A stretch of DNA of 62,661 nt, filler included, from Deltaproteobacteria bacterium (GTDB taxonomy: Bacteria > JAUYMQ01): the NCBI GenBank assembly GCA_030698575.1. It is 5 parts of 5 records of this genome, joined end to end, with 100 filler letters (N's around TTAATTAATTAA, not from the genome) between each part and the next. Parts side by side here need not be neighbours in the genome. Positions count along the whole stretch, not along the records: positions 44,984 to 62,661 come from JAUYMQ010000212.1; 4 more parts are not named here. One strand, written 5' to 3'. The position numbers and the translations under genes are program-made. Shown one piece after another: positions 59,335 to 62,661 of the stretch (within the stretch, counting starts at the first letter, position 1; each line of letters starts with the position of its first letter). Under the pieces are notes generated by a model. That model did not search any database. It saw only the letters and a list, made by a program, of their open reading frames with translations, and was not told the origin of the DNA.

Positions 59335-59370
59335 GGGGGGTACGGCCCTGTCTCGGGTGAGGCGCTCGGT

Positions 59371-60210
59371 GTGACGGAACGGAGCACCATATCGAAGCGG
59401 CCATTGCCGCGCAACCCGGAGCGCATACGCGTCGGCACCTCGGGGTTCAGCTACCAGGACTGGAAAGGGTTCTTCTACCCCCGGGAGATGAAATCTGAGG
59501 ATTTCCTCGGCTTCTACGCCCGCCACTTCGACGCCTGCGAGCTGAACTTCAGCTACTACCGGGTTCCTGACGCGCTCACACTGGGCCGGATGGTCGAGAA
59601 GTCGGGCGGCGCGGTCGAGTTCACGGTCAAGGCCTTCCGGGGCATGACCCATGAGCGGGACGCGCCGCGCGAAACGATCGCTGAATTCGTTCAGGCCCTC
59701 TCGCCGCTCCGTGAAGCCGGTCTTTGCGGGGCGGTGCTGCTGCAGTTCCCCTTTTCCTTCCGAAGGCAGCCGTCGGCGCTCGACTACCTGGAGGGGCTTG
59801 CGGTCGGCTTGCGGTCGCTCTGGGAGGAGATACCGCTCGTCGCCGAATTCCGGCACCGGAGCTGGGTATCGGAGGAAGCGCTGGGCTGGCTCGGGGATCG
59901 CGCCCTCGGCTTCTGCGCCGTGGACGAGCCGCGCCTCGGCAACCTCATGCCGCCACTGGCCGCTGTCACGGGTTCCGTCGGCTACGTCCGGTTCCACGGG
60001 AGAAACGCAGCCAAGTGGTGGAAGCACGAACGGCCGGAGGAGCGCTACGACTACCTTTACACGCCGGGCGAGCTGTGCGAATGGCTGCCCAGGATCGAGA
60101 CGCTGGCGGGCGCGGCGAAGAAAACCTACGTTTTCTTCAACAATCACTTCCAGGCCAAGGCGGTCGCCAACGCGCAAGATTTACTGGCCATGCTCCGGCG
60201 CGCGCCTTGA
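59371..60210 (+). CDS. DUF72 family protein
   Basis: RVGTSGFSY.DW.G.FYP, ELN.SYY, LLQFP.SF, EFRH, YVRFHGRN, RYDYLY and FFNNH; start approximate. Confidence 0.93.
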   Translation: MTERSTISKRPLPRNPERIRVGTSGFSYQDWKGFFYPREMKSEDFLGFYARHFDACELNFSYYRVPDALTLGRMVEKSGGAVEFTVKAFRGMTHERDAPRETIAEFVQALSPLREAGLCGAVLLQFPFSFRRQPSALDYLEGLAVGLRSLWEEIPLVAEFRHRSWVSEEALGWLGDRALGFCAVDEPRLGNLMPPLAAVTGSVGYVRFHGRNAAKWWKHERPEERYDYLYTPGELCEWLPRIETLAGAAKKTYVFFNNHFQAKAVANAQDLLAMLRRAP

Positions 60211-60266
60211 CCCATGCCGGATGCCGGAGCTAGTTTCGCCGGGGGCGCGACACAGGGGATTGCCGG

Positions 60267-60857
60267 ATGGCTCGCAGGGCCTTTCTGGATCTGGACACGC
60301 AGTTTGATTTCATGGATCCCGCCGGGGCGCTGTATTTCGCGGGCGCGCAGGCGACGATCCCCAACCTGAAGCGCCTCATCGATGCGGCCCGGGAGACGGG
60401 CATCCCCGTGATATCCTCGATCGACGCCCACATCGAGAACGATCCCGAGTTCGGGGAATGGCCGCCTCATTGCGTGGCGGGTACCCCCGGGCAGCACAAG
60501 ATCCCGGAGACGACCCTGGCCGACACGGTGGTCATCGAGAACCGCCCCCAGCCCATCGATCTCCGCCCCGGCGCGCAGGTGCAACTCGAGAAGCGGATCT
60601 CGGGCCTCTTCGACAACGTCAACGCCGACGTCGTGTTGCGGAAGATCGGGGCGCATGAGTTCTTCGTCTTCGGCGTCGCGACCGAGTACGGCGTCAAGGC
60701 CGCGGTGCTCGGGCTGCTCGAAAGGGGCAACCGGGTGGGCGTCGTCACCGATGCGATAAGCGCCGTGACGGAAGAGGGCGGGTCGGCCGCGCTCAATGCG
60801 ATGCGCGTGGCCGGAGCACTGCTGTTGACGACGGACGAGGTGCTCGCTTCCCTCTGA
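60267..60857 (+). CDS. Nicotinamidase/isochorismatase-family protein lacking the catalytic Cys
   Basis: DLDTQFDFM..GAL, DAH...DPEF..WPPHCV.GT.G, LEK, and GVATEYGV (canonical form has C in place of the second G); next to nadE. Confidence 0.88.
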   Translation: MARRAFLDLDTQFDFMDPAGALYFAGAQATIPNLKRLIDAARETGIPVISSIDAHIENDPEFGEWPPHCVAGTPGQHKIPETTLADTVVIENRPQPIDLRPGAQVQLEKRISGLFDNVNADVVLRKIGAHEFFVFGVATEYGVKAAVLGLLERGNRVGVVTDAISAVTEEGGSAALNAMRVAGALLLTTDEVLASL

Positions 60858-60876
60858 AGGGTGAAGGAACAGGCGA

Positions 60877-62517
60877 ATGAAGATCGCGCTGGCCCAGATC
60901 AACACCACCGTGGGAGATGTCGCGGGAAACCGCGATAAGGTCATCGCGTTCACCCGCCGCGCGCGCGAGAGAGGCGCCGACCTGGTCGTTTTCCCCGAGC
61001 TGACGCTCACGGGCTACCCGCCCCGCGACCTCGTCGATGCGTCGGGTTTCGTGCAGGCGTCTGAAGGCGCGCTCGCGGGCCTCGCGCGCGAGACGCGCGG
61101 CGTGGGCGTCCTGGTCGGCACAGTGGCCGCCAACCCGGATCCGCACGGCCCCCGCTACCGGAACGTGGCCGCGCTGCTGGACGAGGGGCGCGTCCAGTCC
61201 CTCACCACGAAGTGCCTCCTTCCCAGCTACGACGTGTTCGACGAGGTGCGATACTTCGCTCCCTCGGCCGCCGTCACGGTGAAGCCCTTCCGGGGCCGCC
61301 GGCTGGGCGTCACCATCTGCGAGGATGCCTGGGCGATGGAGACCTTCTCCGGACGGCGCATACACGCGCTGAACCCCGTCGCCGAACTCGCCGCGCAGGG
61401 GGCCGATCTCATCGTGAATCTCTCCGGTTCCCCCTTCGAGCGACAGAAGCCGGAGAGGCGCCTGCGCATCTTCCAGCGCATCGCGTCCGACCATGGGCTC
61501 CCTTCCGTGTTCGTGAACCTCGTTGGGGGGAATGACGGCCTGATCTTCGACGGTGATAGCTTCGCGGTCGACGCGCAGGGCCGGGTCGCTGCGCGGGCCG
61601 GGGCATTCGAGGAGGATCTCGTCCTGTGGGACACGGAGAGTGGCCAGGGAGAGGTCCGCGAGGAGGTGGCGCCGGAGGAAGAGAAGATCTTCCGTGCCCT
61701 CTGCCTCGGCACGCGGGACTACGCCGCCAAGTGCGGTTTCAGGACGGCCGTCACGGGGCTCTCCGGCGGAATCGATTCGGCGCTGGTGACGGTGATCGCC
61801 GCCTGCGCGTTGGGCCCGGAGAACGTCCACGGCATTTCCCTTCCCTCCGCCTACTCCTCCGAGGGAAGCCTTCGCGACGCGCGGCTTCTTGCCGGGAATC
61901 TCGGCATTCACTACCAGGTCATCCCGATCGAGAAGCTCTTTCAGGCTTATCTCGATGAGCTGAAGCCGCACTTCGGCGGCCGGGAACCGGATGCGACGGA
62001 GGAGAACATCCAGGCGCGAGTGCGCGGCAACATCCTGATGTCGCTCTCGAACAAGTTTGGTCATCTCGTTCTGTCCACCGGGAACAAGAGCGAGCTGGCG
62101 GTGGGGTACTGCACCCTTTACGGCGACATGGCGGGGGGCCTGGCGGTGGTCTCCGATCTCCTCAAGACGGAGGTGTACGCGCTGGCGCGCCACCTGAACC
62201 GCAGCAGCGAGACGATCCCGGAGGCCTGCATCACCAAGCCGCCGTCCGCCGAGCTCAGGCCGAACCAGACCGATCAGGACACGCTGCCGCCCTACGAGGC
62301 GCTCGATCCGATCATCGACGGGGCGGTCGAAGAAAGCCTGACCGAGGAAGAGCTGATCGCGCGAGGTCACGACGAGGATCTGGTGCGGCGGGTGTACAGG
62401 ATGATCCGGCAGAACGAGTACAAGCGCCAGCAGGCGCCCCCGGGCCTGAAGGTGACCGGGCGGGCCTTCGGGGTGGGCAGGCGCTACCCCATCGCCGCGC
62501 GCTACCGCCTCCCCTGA
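60877..62517 (+). CDS. nadE: Glutamine-dependent NAD+ synthetase
   Basis: Nitrilase triad (FPEL, K, TICED), GLSGGIDS, ENIQAR.RG, NKSE, PSAEL and NEYKR.Q. Confidence 0.97.
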   Translation: MKIALAQINTTVGDVAGNRDKVIAFTRRARERGADLVVFPELTLTGYPPRDLVDASGFVQASEGALAGLARETRGVGVLVGTVAANPDPHGPRYRNVAALLDEGRVQSLTTKCLLPSYDVFDEVRYFAPSAAVTVKPFRGRRLGVTICEDAWAMETFSGRRIHALNPVAELAAQGADLIVNLSGSPFERQKPERRLRIFQRIASDHGLPSVFVNLVGGNDGLIFDGDSFAVDAQGRVAARAGAFEEDLVLWDTESGQGEVREEVAPEEEKIFRALCLGTRDYAAKCGFRTAVTGLSGGIDSALVTVIAACALGPENVHGISLPSAYSSEGSLRDARLLAGNLGIHYQVIPIEKLFQAYLDELKPHFGGREPDATEENIQARVRGNILMSLSNKFGHLVLSTGNKSELAVGYCTLYGDMAGGLAVVSDLLKTEVYALARHLNRSSETIPEACITKPPSAELRPNQTDQDTLPPYEALDPIIDGAVEESLTEEELIARGHDEDLVRRVYRMIRQNEYKRQQAPPGLKVTGRAFGVGRRYPIAARYRLP

Positions 62518-62530
62518 ATTCCCGGTCGCC

Positions 62531-62558
62531 TTGACAGGATCGGGCCCCGTGATACCTT
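62531..62558 (+). promoter_or_regulatory. Sigma-70 promoter downstream of nadE
   Basis: TTGACA-16 nt-TACCTT with an extended TG. Confidence 0.65.
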
Positions 62559-62573
62559 CAAGCGAAATCCACC

Positions 62574-62610
62574 GCCCGGCGCTTATCCCTCCGCGCGCCG
62601 GGGCTTTTTT
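62574..62610 (+). terminator. Intrinsic terminator-like hairpin with U6 tract
   Basis: CCCGGCGC/GCGCCGGG stem, 12-nt loop, then GC-TTTTTT. Confidence 0.6.
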
Positions 62611-62661
62611 GTAGCTCCAGGGCGGTCGCGAGCAAGGGAATCAGGCACGGCGGCGGGGGGA

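Noticed and set aside
58657-60177. Apparent large overlap of the MFS and DUF72 ORFs
   Set aside because: Caused by over-extended starts in the ORF track; the real genes are divergent and about 36 bp apart
1-62661. CRISPR arrays, tRNA/rRNA genes, transposases, integrases, phage or defence genes
   Set aside because: None recognised by eye; the DinG-family helicase has no cas neighbours and looks like the housekeeping YoaA type

Overview
The window joins five contigs of a GC-rich bacterial assembly with 100-nt artificial linkers (N44-TTAATTAATTAA-N44 at 8919-9018, 25191-25290, 31381-31480, 44884-44983), so gene adjacency across linkers is meaningless. Gene order and content suggest a deltaproteobacterial or Myxococcota-like diderm (inference). 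Contig 1: sigma-54-driven pilMNOPQ, aroK, aroB and a TPR protein that the ORF track misses. Contig 2: infB, DUF503, rbfA, nrnA, truB, rpsO, pnp, dut, cdsA, purB, purC, purS, a fused purQ-purL and partial purF. Contig 3: a glycosylation locus (AglB/STT3-like C-terminus, WecE-like aminotransferase, ArnC-like GT2, WecD-like GNAT, SGNH hydrolase) and a partial acyl-CoA ligase. Contig 4: ggt, M16 peptidase, hemW, CIRCE-hrcA-grpE-dnaJ without dnaK, an LppC-like protein, a DinG-family helicase and partial lon. Contig 5: gcv/folD genes, the maf-yggS-proC-yggT-divIVA-yggU cluster, a zinc-ribbon membrane protein, a diguanylate cyclase, mlaEFD, an MFS transporter, DUF72, a pncA-like gene and nadE. The most interesting signals are (1) an unannotated self-contained sigma-54 transcription unit at 51448-51824 that looks like a structured sRNA with tandem enhancer sites and a terminator, (2) the archaeal-type OST with a degenerate WWDYG motif inside an Arn-like amino-sugar pathway, (3) a glutaminase-first PurQ-PurL fusion, (4) a probable ATT start codon, and (5) a nicotinamidase homologue lacking its catalytic Cys. 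I saw no tRNA, rRNA, CRISPR array or mobile element.
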